From positions 17,877-81,876 of IMG/VR virus record IMGVR_UViG_3300023179_000071: a stretch of 64,000 nt of DNA; one strand, given 5' to 3'. Made by a program: the position numbers and the translations under genes. This stretch comes from a virus. Below are positions 19,251 through 29,999 of the stretch, piece by piece (position 1 is the stretch's first letter; every line of letters starts with the position of its first letter). The notes under the pieces were generated by a model. The model searched no databases, was not told the DNA's origin, and was given only the letters and a program-made list of their open reading frames with translations.

Positions 19251-22200
19251 ATGGCTGATCCTAGACCTACCGACGAAACAGGAACAAACGGACCAAATCC
19301 TGTTGGGACCAACACGTCTCCTGTTAACACCACCCCACCAGCACCAGACGATAATACTCCTGTTGATGATGCTGCTGGCGTTACAGCATCTCCTGGTGGA
19401 GACAATTCTACTAAAGCTAATAGTGCTGCTCCTAGTGATCGTAGAGTTGCAAGCATACAGTGCAAACCTCAGGAATTCTTTTATCCAGGATTAAAGTATC
19501 AGTTTGGACCAACAGAAGCAATTCTGATAGAAACTCCTGACCAAAGCAATTATTACAATGCATTTAGTCTATATATGGGCAATTTGAATAGTGCTTCTAG
19601 TAGTAATAAAGTTATTAACAGAATGAGAAAATTATTTGTTTCTGCTACTGCTGAAGATGAAATGATCTATATGGATCCAGCTAATCTTGGTGATGCTAGA
19701 GCAATACTAACAATCAATAGCATGGTAGCAGTCAATGATTCTGGAAGTCTCGGTTCAGACTCGAATACTAGTCCATCATCGAAACTTGTTCCTGTGGCTG
19801 CGGCAGAAGAGTTTGCTCTTTTTACACGAACAGGAGACGGAGGAGCATACACTAGTAATACTGGTCCAGCATCAGGATTACTTGATATACTATTGAAACT
19901 GATGTCTCCTATGCAGCAGTCTTTTCTGAAGATCAGCAATAGTTATATCTCTAATAATTCTAATAGTGCTCCTAATTTAGGTAGTACAGCTACTGCGTTT
20001 GATGCTGGAGGCAGAATTACCCCATCCGAAGAACCAAAGAGTTTGGCAGAACAGATTACACAAAGTTTTCATACATCGAAAAACTTATCATTATCTCCCA
20101 AATCTGCATTACCTGGATTTGCTGCTGTTCCATTATTATCTAATCAGCATGTATATGGTCCATGGATTAATTATCCAGACAAACAAAAACAAACTATTTT
20201 TCCATTTTTAATTAATGATACTAACCGTAATGTAGCGATGGAAAATATGATAGGACCAGTTAATATAGAGGTTGATAACGATCTAGCTCCTTGGAATTAC
20301 GGGGGTATGTATGCGTTGGATATGGCAGTAGAATTAAAGATTATGGAGAAATCGACATATCAACAATTTTTAGAAACTGGTCAGCTTAGTGTGCCGGGAT
20401 ACCCTATTTTTAGTTTAGGTGATGTATTAACAGAAAATACTAGTACTATTTTTAATTACGAACCTATAGCTAATTCTCTAGGAGGAGTTAATAGTATTAC
20501 TATCAACAGAAATCCTAATTTTCAATCTCCATCCTCAAGCAATATTTCTAATATTCAGGTTAATATTGGTCAACAAAGCGAAACAACATATACATTCAGA
20601 ACATATCAATCTAAGCTTTCTCTTTTTAATAAAGATAATTCTGATAGATTAAAGAAACTTATAGTAGAATCACGCAAAAGACAAAGAGAACAGCATCAAT
20701 TAAGCATAGCTCTTTATGATAGAATGAAAAAGAAGCAAGATTTAACATTCAAAACATCTTTTAGAGACTATTTATATGACAGTCTTACCGGTGGAAATAG
20801 CCCTGTAGAAATTATGGTTGGTTCTTTTAATGCATTTGGTAAACAAATACAAACATCGTCATCATCTGGCCGAGCAGCTCCTTCGGCATCAGGATTATCG
20901 GACAAAGACAGAACTATAGAAGCTCATAGAGGTCAAGTTGGCATATTCGACGCCAAAGAAATTTCACGAGAATTAAATAATGCATATTCATCAAAGTCTA
21001 TGATGAGCCTTGACGGATTCTTTTCTCCTGTATCATTTTATCCCACCCCTCACTCTAGTACTATTAGTTATGTTAAATATGATAGAAAATTTTGTCCAAT
21101 ATGTAAAGGAAATGGAGTTTATGATAAAACTATTAGTCCAACTATTGGGTATCAATCACCAACTATAAAAGCTAGATGTGAATACTGTGAAGATAAAACT
21201 AAGGTACCAGATGTTAAAAATTTCAGTGTTGCTGAGAGCGCACCTCCATTTATACTTGCTTCTGGTCTAAGATTAGCTGTTAGAACGCCAACAGGAGGTA
21301 CAACTAACACAGATACTGTTATTTATGAATATGTGAGCGATAAAAGTTTAGTTAGTAATCCTAAAAAATATCTAGAAGTATTTGGTAAGCGTAATATTAA
21401 TGTATACAATCTGAACCCTATTATTGTAGCTTCTGGTGAATTCAGAAATATCAATGCTTTAGATAACGATATGAGTGGTCATGGTATAGAGATAGTAGCT
21501 CGTGGTATGATTGCTCCTAAAAATGCATTAGATATTATAGATAATATTGCTGCTGGAGAAGTAATAGTTAATAATGTTAATGGTAATATTTTATATGTTT
21601 GGGATAATGCTCAAGGTAAATATGTGCCTAAACCAAATATATTCCCTGGTAAATTATTAGCAAAAGATTTCTTAGATCTCGACTACGAATTTAGACGATC
21701 ATATACGCAAAATGCAAATGCTAATGACTCAGCAGGACCGCAGCTACCATTACTCAATCAAAGATTTATGAGTTTCAGAGGACCAATGGTTATGCACGGT
21801 TGGGGATATGATACAGAGGGGTATCCTGTACCAAATGCATCTGGTGAAGCCAAAATGGTAGATAGTTTTGGAAGACCACACAGAACAAAAGACCTAAGAA
21901 CTTATGGATCGTTTGATCCTCAAAGTGCTGATGCTGGAGATATTATAATCGGCAGAAATCAAGTATGGGATGCTACTAGAGGAGAATGGTCAAAACCATA
22001 CAAAGAAATGGCCTTCTTGGAAAAGTGGGGTCAAACTCCAGAAAAATGGCCGGTTGGACCTATTGATCTTAGGTGGGACTCTGATAGAAAAGTATGGGTA
22101 GGACCACAAGCACCGAAGAATGTATATGTGGTATTGGAAGAAGACCTTACATTAGAAAGAAATTCTAGAACAACATATCCAGCTAGAGGATTTTTGGATG

Positions 22201-22559
22201 ATTTACAATTTGCAAAAGACCCATTACCAACTGGCTTGCGTAGGGTGGTATTCGTAAAAGACCTATCGGGATATACTGCCCCACGAGGAGCTAAATTATA
22301 TTGTAAGTATAACGGGGATACGGGATTCTACGAGCCTATTTCAAAAACACAAATTATTGCATCAGGAGTAATACAACAAGGATTTAATGCTATAATACAT
22401 AGCACATATGCTGTTCCTAATAATACTAGAACACAAGATGTTACTAAGATTAATATTCAATTTGTTAATCATTTAAATTTAGAGGCAAAGCCTAATCATA
22501 GGGCGCTATTTATATATATGGAAGGATCTTGGAATTTGATGACGGTAGGAAGGCCATGA
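19251..22559 (+). CDS. Putative tail-tip protein (possible C-terminal partner of the hub) with CxxC...CxxC insert
   Basis: ATG at 19251 follows AAGG (track starts at TTG 19230); CPICKGNG...CEYC. Confidence 0.55.
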   Translation: MADPRPTDETGTNGPNPVGTNTSPVNTTPPAPDDNTPVDDAAGVTASPGGDNSTKANSAAPSDRRVASIQCKPQEFFYPGLKYQFGPTEAILIETPDQSNYYNAFSLYMGNLNSASSSNKVINRMRKLFVSATAEDEMIYMDPANLGDARAILTINSMVAVNDSGSLGSDSNTSPSSKLVPVAAAEEFALFTRTGDGGAYTSNTGPASGLLDILLKLMSPMQQSFLKISNSYISNNSNSAPNLGSTATAFDAGGRITPSEEPKSLAEQITQSFHTSKNLSLSPKSALPGFAAVPLLSNQHVYGPWINYPDKQKQTIFPFLINDTNRNVAMENMIGPVNIEVDNDLAPWNYGGMYALDMAVELKIMEKSTYQQFLETGQLSVPGYPIFSLGDVLTENTSTIFNYEPIANSLGGVNSITINRNPNFQSPSSSNISNIQVNIGQQSETTYTFRTYQSKLSLFNKDNSDRLKKLIVESRKRQREQHQLSIALYDRMKKKQDLTFKTSFRDYLYDSLTGGNSPVEIMVGSFNAFGKQIQTSSSSGRAAPSASGLSDKDRTIEAHRGQVGIFDAKEISRELNNAYSSKSMMSLDGFFSPVSFYPTPHSSTISYVKYDRKFCPICKGNGVYDKTISPTIGYQSPTIKARCEYCEDKTKVPDVKNFSVAESAPPFILASGLRLAVRTPTGGTTNTDTVIYEYVSDKSLVSNPKKYLEVFGKRNINVYNLNPIIVASGEFRNINALDNDMSGHGIEIVARGMIAPKNALDIIDNIAAGEVIVNNVNGNILYVWDNAQGKYVPKPNIFPGKLLAKDFLDLDYEFRRSYTQNANANDSAGPQLPLLNQRFMSFRGPMVMHGWGYDTEGYPVPNASGEAKMVDSFGRPHRTKDLRTYGSFDPQSADAGDIIIGRNQVWDATRGEWSKPYKEMAFLEKWGQTPEKWPVGPIDLRWDSDRKVWVGPQAPKNVYVVLEEDLTLERNSRTTYPARGFLDDLQFAKDPLPTGLRRVVFVKDLSGYTAPRGAKLYCKYNGDTGFYEPISKTQIIASGVIQQGFNAIIHSTYAVPNNTRTQDVTKINIQFVNHLNLEAKPNHRALFIYMEGSWNLMTVGRP

Positions 22560-22939
22560 TAGAAAATATAGAATCTATTACATATGACAATGTTGAATTA
22601 CTCAATGATAGTTTATTTATTATACGAGCGCATGAAAAAATAGATAATCATATTAGTAATATAAAAGATCAGTTAATTACAGCCATTGCTATTAAATGTA
22701 ACCAGATTGGTAAATTAGATCTAAGAGATCTACTAATTAAGGAAATGGAAATATTATTACAAAATTTTACTACAGATTTTAAAAAAGCCATAGCAGTACT
22801 ATCTCATTTATCTGATGTAGAGAATAAAGCTAATTTAACAACAGCAATGTCATGGTACGAAACTATAGAAGATAAGATAGCTAATGAATTATATCAGGTG
22901 TTAACAATATTAGTAAATAAGATCAATACTCTGGAATAA
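22556..22939 (+). CDS. Helical hypothetical protein
   Basis: ATG at 22556 follows AGGAAGG and overlaps the upstream stop (ATGA). Confidence 0.6.
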   Translation: MIENIESITYDNVELLNDSLFIIRAHEKIDNHISNIKDQLITAIAIKCNQIGKLDLRDLLIKEMEILLQNFTTDFKKAIAVLSHLSDVENKANLTTAMSWYETIEDKIANELYQVLTILVNKINTLE

Positions 22940-22941
22940 CT

Positions 22942-25900
22942 ATGGCTACAATACCAGTTACATTTGAAGCGCAAAGTTTTGTAGCAACAGCACAAGAATT
23001 ATTAAATATTGCTGCGCAAAATGTCTACAATACATATCCACCATATAATTTGGATATATATAATAATTATATTCAGCAAACACAAATACCAGCGCAAACC
23101 ACATTTATTCCAAGGGTCATCCCCGCCCCTGTATCTGGTACTCAGGCAATTACTGTTATCAGAGAAGATTTACAGAATAAAACAGAAGGAGACATGATAT
23201 CATACGGAACAAACCATTGCGATATTTTTGCATCGGATTTTGATTATGATTTAGATTGGGATACTTTACAAGACAGTCAAATTACAATTAATCAACTGTT
23301 ACAGTCTCGTATCACTCAATACGATGTAGGCATAAGTGGAATATGGAGACCATTCTTTTTATATATAGAACCAGGAAATCCGTCTGTTAAAAATACATTT
23401 GTAACTCGTTCAGCATCAGCTCAAGAAAATCCATATGAAGCTGGACTAGCGTGGGAAAATTTTATTACCATAGATAATCCTATATTGAAGAGCTGGACTC
23501 TAAGTGGTGGATCTACATTTAAAGTTGACTGGAGATTAGAAAAAAATAACTTTCTTACGGCACCAGTATTAGGTGTGCTTTTCTGGTACAGATATTACGA
23601 TATTGCTAGAGAAACTAATATTAGAGCCACATATGAGATAAGACCATACGAGGAAACTCAATCTGTAGTTGATCTGCCTGGTATCAGATGGAATAATCAA
23701 GACTATATACCAGAATCAGGATATAAAAAATATCAGACAACTTCATCTCATACTAATATAGAACGATACGGTATACAGCCAGGATTATCTCTCGGTGATA
23801 GAGTCCTTATTAAAGAAGGAGGTAAAGAATATATCTATGAGGTCACCGATGGATACTGGGAAAATCTTGGAGAAAAAAGATTTATTAATGGCGTAGATAT
23901 TTATATACCCAATGATCAATTTACAGTATATTTTCAGAGTGTTCCAGATAAGGATGATTGGCTATCTGGTCAGCCAACTGAAATAGGTAGTTTTTCATAT
24001 CCCAGAACAGAGTTAATAACTAAGGACATAGATAGATATTCAAATATTCTTAATAAGTTGTTAAATTTTGAAAATAATATTGGCTTACAGAATTTATTTC
24101 AAATGTCTCCAGTTAATGACTCAGATGTTGGCGGCATTACTGCTGGTATATACATGGATCAACAAAAACAAGCAGAATATATGGCTATTAAAAACTTAGC
24201 TAGATTTTTATGTACCGCCCCTGTGTCTGCAACAGAACATATCAAAGCTACAGATATTAATATGACAAATATTAATTTAAAAAATCTTACTTCTAGTATA
24301 CAAAATTTAAAAACAGATCTGGAAAATATATTTGGACGAAATGCTTCCCAGCCATCCGTAACAGTTAACGATGTTGCTACTCAACCTATGGCCGGTAATA
24401 TTCCTATGCCAACCACCAGTGCCGCACCAAGTATCATGACACAGGTGTATACTGCCAATATCAAAGCACAGAATACAACTTTGAAATCATTTGATCAAAA
24501 TTTAGTATATACAAAAAAAGATCTATTAAAAGCACTATTTCAGCAAAATAAAAAGAATAGATTTATTGAATTTCCTAAGGGCAGAACAACAAAAATAGTA
24601 TCTAAGTTTAAGATATACGAACCACATCTGCGTATTCTATTAGATTTTCAAGATATGAAAACTTTAGGATTAAATAGAACCAATAATGCAGGAGTTTGGT
24701 ATAAGCAAAGAATTAATGTTGCTGGTTTAGAATTATATACTCGTTTAAAATTTCCCGACGCAACAGCTCTTGAGCCTAATCAAAAGGAGGCTCTTGTATT
24801 AAAGTATATCACAAACAATAATGATGATTCGAATAAAACAGAGATTCCAATTATCATGGCTACTGATACCATTAATTCTTCCAAAGAATATTATAATCAG
24901 GTTATGAATAGTGTATATGAAAAATTTGGTATTGCTAGACTTTTTCAGCAAAAATATAATATCGAAAATAATTTTTTGATTAGTGATAATGCTGGAGAAT
25001 TTTATGATGTTACGCTTACAAATGGAAATAATAGATCCAATTTAAAAATTTTCAAAAATACTACTTATCAGGATAACCAAACTTTTGATAATGCTGTTAG
25101 ATTTTTTAGGTATTCTATAGACGAATATGCTCGAACAGTTCCTAAATTTAATAGAACATTATCATTAGTAGAACAACGATTTGATGAGAGAGGTACTGGT
25201 GCTCAGAACGGTATTCTTCCAAATATAAAAGAAGTATACATGCATCGTTTGGGTGGTTTTTATTTCCAAGATATATCATTTTTAACAGTTGGTATGAATA
25301 AATTTTGGAGAGCACGGACAGCTCCAACACCAATAGGCCAGGCTCAATATTTTTTGCCTTCTAGTATTCGTGGAGATGTAGGGAATAGACCATTAGATTC
25401 AAAAAAGATTACTATAGAGTTTAATTGTGGTAATGATACAGATATACAATTATACGGCATTAACGTTACTCATTTAAGAGACGATACATTAGAAAAAGCT
25501 ACCTGTCGCCCGTTTCCCAATAAAATTCCTGTATATGGTGACGAGGTTAGTGTTTATAATGCTGTTATAGGATATGATTTTAATGAGTCTTCTTATTTAT
25601 TAAGTAATAGATATGCTCCGCCAATTGTCGCATATGGTGGCCATAGAGTTGAGGATGTCAATGCTCTAGGCTTAAGAATTATAGATCATCCATTACCCAT
25701 ATCGTCTGGCGTTGGAGGTATATATCCTATTGGATCTGGTAACATACTACCACAAGCAGCTAAAAATTCTTTCTACTATAATAGAGATGAAGCTCAGATA
25801 GCTGCTGCTGCTAGAGCTGCCGGAGTAAGTAGCCTAAGAGATAAGTCTTTAGTAAAATGTTTTTTGACACCAACAGATTTTGCTAATGAAATAACATTTA

Positions 25901-28900
25901 GAAAAGGATTTTTCCATCCGAATAAAGGATGGATAGACTATACATTATTACCATCTGGCTTAATAGGTAAAACGGCAGTTAAAGATGAAAATGATTCTCC
26001 GTGTAAAAAATATACTGGCAGAGGAGCATTATTTAGAGAATTAACATTAACAATCGCTGAAAACAATGCCAAGGCCGGATCGCCTCCAGCAGGAAGCGAC
26101 TATAGGTTAATAACAATAGATCCTATGACAGACGAAGCCTATGGGAATGGAGATCGTCAAGTATCAGCATTTCCAAATTTACTAACCATAGATATAGATC
26201 AGAATACAAATTTTATTACTCATTTATCTGCAACATTAAAAAATTTCACGCATCCAGTACCTAAAGAACTTAAAATAGCACTATTTGATTCTCTTGAGCA
26301 AAGATGGATAGCTTTTACATATATCAAAGCATACCTAGAAAAGTTAGCTAAAAGCGCAGCAGCAAACGAGGACCCTAACTATGCTAGTAAAATACAAAAA
26401 CAAATAGCACGAGAAAAAAATGCATGGCTTGGACCATGGGCGGACAGATCCAGAACAGAACCTAGACATTTATTGTTCCATTCATCATTATTAAATTATA
26501 GTAGTAATTTTAATGCTTTCTTTACTAATTTTTCTAGGAAAAATTTAGATTATGCTTTTAGTAATGATTTTATAGCTCCACCACAATCTTTAGATTATTA
26601 TATCGGAACAAGTGGTACATATACTGGCTTTTGGGATTATGATGGACCTATCCCTGATCCTGTAGACATAGACGATCCAAATCCTCCTCCTGCTTTTGTT
26701 GGAACTTCATCTAGCGAGATAGGAAGAACCTGGGGCATACAGGCTTCTGATATGGGATCTGAAGACGAGGGAGGTTCTTGTTTTGATTTACAAGTATGTA
26801 CAGGATGTCCTGTTGTTGGATATACTCAATCATATATTTTTAATAGATTTCATTATAATCATGATACATTTAATATGACATATCCAAGTGGATATAATTT
26901 TATAGCTAATTTTAGAAATAAAAAACACTTATTACCACCTATAAATCTAGATGCTCCCTTTTCCACAATTAATCCAGAGTATCCTAAGCAAAATGTTAGT
27001 GCTGGAAATTATCCTGTAGAATTAGGATGCATACCACAACCAGATCCTCCTAGACCAAGAGAAACCGTAGTACCAGAATTTCCTAAAGAGCCTATTTTTA
27101 TTCCTCCCTTTCATCCATCATTGGTTGGATTATTAACATATATGAGTATAGCTAATGATTTACAATCACAAGGCTATGGTTGGGATTTAGGATTTTTAGT
27201 AGGAGCATTTTTTCCTAGTCCATTTTATTTTGGAGCAACCAGAAGAGAGAAGCTTAACAGATATATGGAGAACAAAGGATATTTACAAATCGAGGGTTCT
27301 ACAGATGATGCGAAACAACTATTTGGATTCCAAACTAGAAATATAGGTTTGTATGATGATGCCCCATTTGGTCAGGCAGATAAGGTACAGCTAGAGGTAA
27401 AACATCCCAATGGATTATGGTATAATGTTGAAGCTGATATTTTTAAATACTCGTCACACTCATCTCCTGTATTAGAAAACACTAAGTTTAATTATTTAAA
27501 ACATACTAAATATTTATCAGAAGGAGAGACTACGGACCAAAAGTATACTCAACCATTAACATATCCTGGGTTTGATTTTAATATAGGAACCATGCTTAAT
27601 ACTGATAGAATGAGTATGGATGGCGTTAGAGCATACTACAGTTTTATGAAGGGAGAAAATATAGAATTAAATTACCATACCGTTTATAGTGTGCGTACAC
27701 AAAGACAAGACGGGAACTGTATAGTCTGTTCTACAACACAAAAAATAGAATCACATAAAGTGGATGCTACGATAACAGATATCTATATACAAAAAATTAA
27801 AAATCCCTGGTATAAAGAAACAGAATTGAGAATCCAGAATCCTAGTACAGTAGCGACACAATTAGAACCTCCGCAAAATTTATATCCTGACGATAGTCTA
27901 GACGAGAATTCCAACGCTAAAGAAATATATAATGCTAAAGTCATTATACAATTTAATCCTCCAATAGACTTATCTAATACTGATCCAGAAGCTGTGGGTC
28001 CTAAAACATTTTTAAATGGCGTTGTACATAAGAGGGCCGGTAATCTATGTACATCTTTTGTTCTATTTGATCCTATAGTAACAGATGGTAAAATAGCACC
28101 TAGCGGCGAGATCAATTATAAAAGAGGATTGAATGATCAAGAAGAGCCTAAGATGTATGCTGGTGGTAAAGCGCTGAATGGATTAGTATACAATAATAAT
28201 AGTGATATAGTTAACTTTGGTAAATGGTCAAATATAAGAGATCGTAGTTTAGGAGCTTTTACATCATCATATATATATGATCAATTATATGCTGAAGGTG
28301 GTTTAGGTTGGGGAACCAATCTAATGAAGCCAGAATCTATTCCTGTTGTTGGTAATCAAGAGCAGTATCCTAATCTATTAAATTTAGATTATCATTTTAG
28401 TAAAACTAACTATTGTGGTAAAGTCAAATTTACTAAGGGTTATAATGAATCATCAACACATACTTCGTATATAAAATTTAATCCAAGATTAGTTTACCCA
28501 AAGATGCCAAAACACCCGTACAGCACTACGAAAGAGGATGCATTTATCTCTTTTACGGGATATCCTAGACCACTAGATATTATACCAAATAGAATATATG
28601 CGCATAATGTTCTTAATATATCAGAACAAAATGCAGAAGTTTTAGAAATAAATGCCAAAGAAGCCCATAAACGATATAGACAAAATCCAGACGTATTGGA
28701 TTATTATCTACCATTCTATGATATAACATTAGATAATAGTATACTAGATTTTGATCTTGTAAGTCAATCCCCGGTACAGCCAGGACAAGTTAGCGCTGCT
28801 AGCGGAATAGTGCAATTAGAAAATATTTTTAACAATAAAATTAATGTAATATATGATAGTAATTATTATTGGATTAGTGTTCCACATGAGGCTTCTGGAG

Positions 28901-29586
28901 TTATTAGCGGATCGTCGAAGATTCCTTTAGCTGTGATACAAAAATGTTTTCATTCTAAAGGAACTTTCTCTTTCTGTGCTAATATGTGCAATACAGAGGG
29001 TATTGGTCCGGTATGGCCTAATATGGATAATATTACTAGTTCTCATGAAAGTATATATAAATTACCAAGTGAAATAGTACCAAGAGCCGCTGGAGTTACA
29101 TATGAAGAAAGACAAACAAAACAAACCTACTATGTTGGTTGTGGTGAGACATCCAATGATTCTTTGGTAAGAATGGATGTAACACAGGTTTATGAGGTAC
29201 CTATGCAAACTCATACATATGTTCCAGTTTCAGAATTATTCACTAATCCAGAGGTTGTAGTTAGATTCAAATATTTACCAAGAAAAATTCCAACAGATTT
29301 CCAAGTCACATTAGGTAATAATATTGTTAATCAAAGTCAATTATACTTATGGGAATGCCATAAAACAAATCCGAGACAGCTATATAATGCTAATACTATT
29401 ACTAATACTCCTCCATTCTATCAAATTCTTAATGAAATGATTTTTAGAGCATGGTTCGGAGAAAGACAAAAAATTGCCTTACAGGATACATATGACAGAA
29501 AAATCTTTGTTACCCAAAATCATTACAAATGGGTTCCTTATGACTATGATGATAGCGGAAAGTTTGCGAATGAAAGGAATATCTAA
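22942..29586 (+). CDS. Very large (2214 aa) virion protein with proprotein-convertase P-domain-like segment
   Basis: LGDRVLIKE..YEVTDGYW (fibre-type motif); ITHLSATLKNFTHPVPKELKIAL...WGIQASD (P-domain-like). Confidence 0.6.
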   Translation: MATIPVTFEAQSFVATAQELLNIAAQNVYNTYPPYNLDIYNNYIQQTQIPAQTTFIPRVIPAPVSGTQAITVIREDLQNKTEGDMISYGTNHCDIFASDFDYDLDWDTLQDSQITINQLLQSRITQYDVGISGIWRPFFLYIEPGNPSVKNTFVTRSASAQENPYEAGLAWENFITIDNPILKSWTLSGGSTFKVDWRLEKNNFLTAPVLGVLFWYRYYDIARETNIRATYEIRPYEETQSVVDLPGIRWNNQDYIPESGYKKYQTTSSHTNIERYGIQPGLSLGDRVLIKEGGKEYIYEVTDGYWENLGEKRFINGVDIYIPNDQFTVYFQSVPDKDDWLSGQPTEIGSFSYPRTELITKDIDRYSNILNKLLNFENNIGLQNLFQMSPVNDSDVGGITAGIYMDQQKQAEYMAIKNLARFLCTAPVSATEHIKATDINMTNINLKNLTSSIQNLKTDLENIFGRNASQPSVTVNDVATQPMAGNIPMPTTSAAPSIMTQVYTANIKAQNTTLKSFDQNLVYTKKDLLKALFQQNKKNRFIEFPKGRTTKIVSKFKIYEPHLRILLDFQDMKTLGLNRTNNAGVWYKQRINVAGLELYTRLKFPDATALEPNQKEALVLKYITNNNDDSNKTEIPIIMATDTINSSKEYYNQVMNSVYEKFGIARLFQQKYNIENNFLISDNAGEFYDVTLTNGNNRSNLKIFKNTTYQDNQTFDNAVRFFRYSIDEYARTVPKFNRTLSLVEQRFDERGTGAQNGILPNIKEVYMHRLGGFYFQDISFLTVGMNKFWRARTAPTPIGQAQYFLPSSIRGDVGNRPLDSKKITIEFNCGNDTDIQLYGINVTHLRDDTLEKATCRPFPNKIPVYGDEVSVYNAVIGYDFNESSYLLSNRYAPPIVAYGGHRVEDVNALGLRIIDHPLPISSGVGGIYPIGSGNILPQAAKNSFYYNRDEAQIAAAARAAGVSSLRDKSLVKCFLTPTDFANEITFRKGFFHPNKGWIDYTLLPSGLIGKTAVKDENDSPCKKYTGRGALFRELTLTIAENNAKAGSPPAGSDYRLITIDPMTDEAYGNGDRQVSAFPNLLTIDIDQNTNFITHLSATLKNFTHPVPKELKIALFDSLEQRWIAFTYIKAYLEKLAKSAAANEDPNYASKIQKQIAREKNAWLGPWADRSRTEPRHLLFHSSLLNYSSNFNAFFTNFSRKNLDYAFSNDFIAPPQSLDYYIGTSGTYTGFWDYDGPIPDPVDIDDPNPPPAFVGTSSSEIGRTWGIQASDMGSEDEGGSCFDLQVCTGCPVVGYTQSYIFNRFHYNHDTFNMTYPSGYNFIANFRNKKHLLPPINLDAPFSTINPEYPKQNVSAGNYPVELGCIPQPDPPRPRETVVPEFPKEPIFIPPFHPSLVGLLTYMSIANDLQSQGYGWDLGFLVGAFFPSPFYFGATRREKLNRYMENKGYLQIEGSTDDAKQLFGFQTRNIGLYDDAPFGQADKVQLEVKHPNGLWYNVEADIFKYSSHSSPVLENTKFNYLKHTKYLSEGETTDQKYTQPLTYPGFDFNIGTMLNTDRMSMDGVRAYYSFMKGENIELNYHTVYSVRTQRQDGNCIVCSTTQKIESHKVDATITDIYIQKIKNPWYKETELRIQNPSTVATQLEPPQNLYPDDSLDENSNAKEIYNAKVIIQFNPPIDLSNTDPEAVGPKTFLNGVVHKRAGNLCTSFVLFDPIVTDGKIAPSGEINYKRGLNDQEEPKMYAGGKALNGLVYNNNSDIVNFGKWSNIRDRSLGAFTSSYIYDQLYAEGGLGWGTNLMKPESIPVVGNQEQYPNLLNLDYHFSKTNYCGKVKFTKGYNESSTHTSYIKFNPRLVYPKMPKHPYSTTKEDAFISFTGYPRPLDIIPNRIYAHNVLNISEQNAEVLEINAKEAHKRYRQNPDVLDYYLPFYDITLDNSILDFDLVSQSPVQPGQVSAASGIVQLENIFNNKINVIYDSNYYWISVPHEASGVISGSSKIPLAVIQKCFHSKGTFSFCANMCNTEGIGPVWPNMDNITSSHESIYKLPSEIVPRAAGVTYEERQTKQTYYVGCGETSNDSLVRMDVTQVYEVPMQTHTYVPVSELFTNPEVVVRFKYLPRKIPTDFQVTLGNNIVNQSQLYLWECHKTNPRQLYNANTITNTPPFYQILNEMIFRAWFGERQKIALQDTYDRKIFVTQNHYKWVPYDYDDSGKFANERNI

Positions 29587-29999
29587 TGAATGTTTACGAT
29601 TTAATGTGTGAGTTTATACGTATCGAACAATTCAAGTACAAATGTCGCCTATGTGGTTCTATAGCAATGAGTTTTGATCCTATAGAATATCCATCAATTA
29701 TTTGTTCTAAAAAAATAGAAATGTATCCACCACAAGATTATGGCATCGTTTTTAAGCCCATAGATCCAAACACTAGCACAGAAACTCAAATAAAACAGGA
29801 TGAACTCATAGATGATATTAAAAAATGCTCAATAGAACAAATTGATCAAAGATATCAAATATGCTCGTCTTGTGAGTTCTATAAGAATAATACTTGTGAA
29901 AAATGCGGATGTCATGCTGTTAGAGATCAGATTTATATGAATAAACTGGCATGGAAGGACCAAGAGTGCCCTATAGGCAAATGGAAAAAATTAACTTAG
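29586..29999 (+). CDS. Cys-rich small protein (DUF6171-like)
   Basis: RYQICSSCEF..CEKCGC..K...QECPIGKW signature; TAATG coupling. Confidence 0.65.
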   Translation: MNVYDLMCEFIRIEQFKYKCRLCGSIAMSFDPIEYPSIICSKKIEMYPPQDYGIVFKPIDPNTSTETQIKQDELIDDIKKCSIEQIDQRYQICSSCEFYKNNTCEKCGCHAVRDQIYMNKLAWKDQECPIGKWKKLT

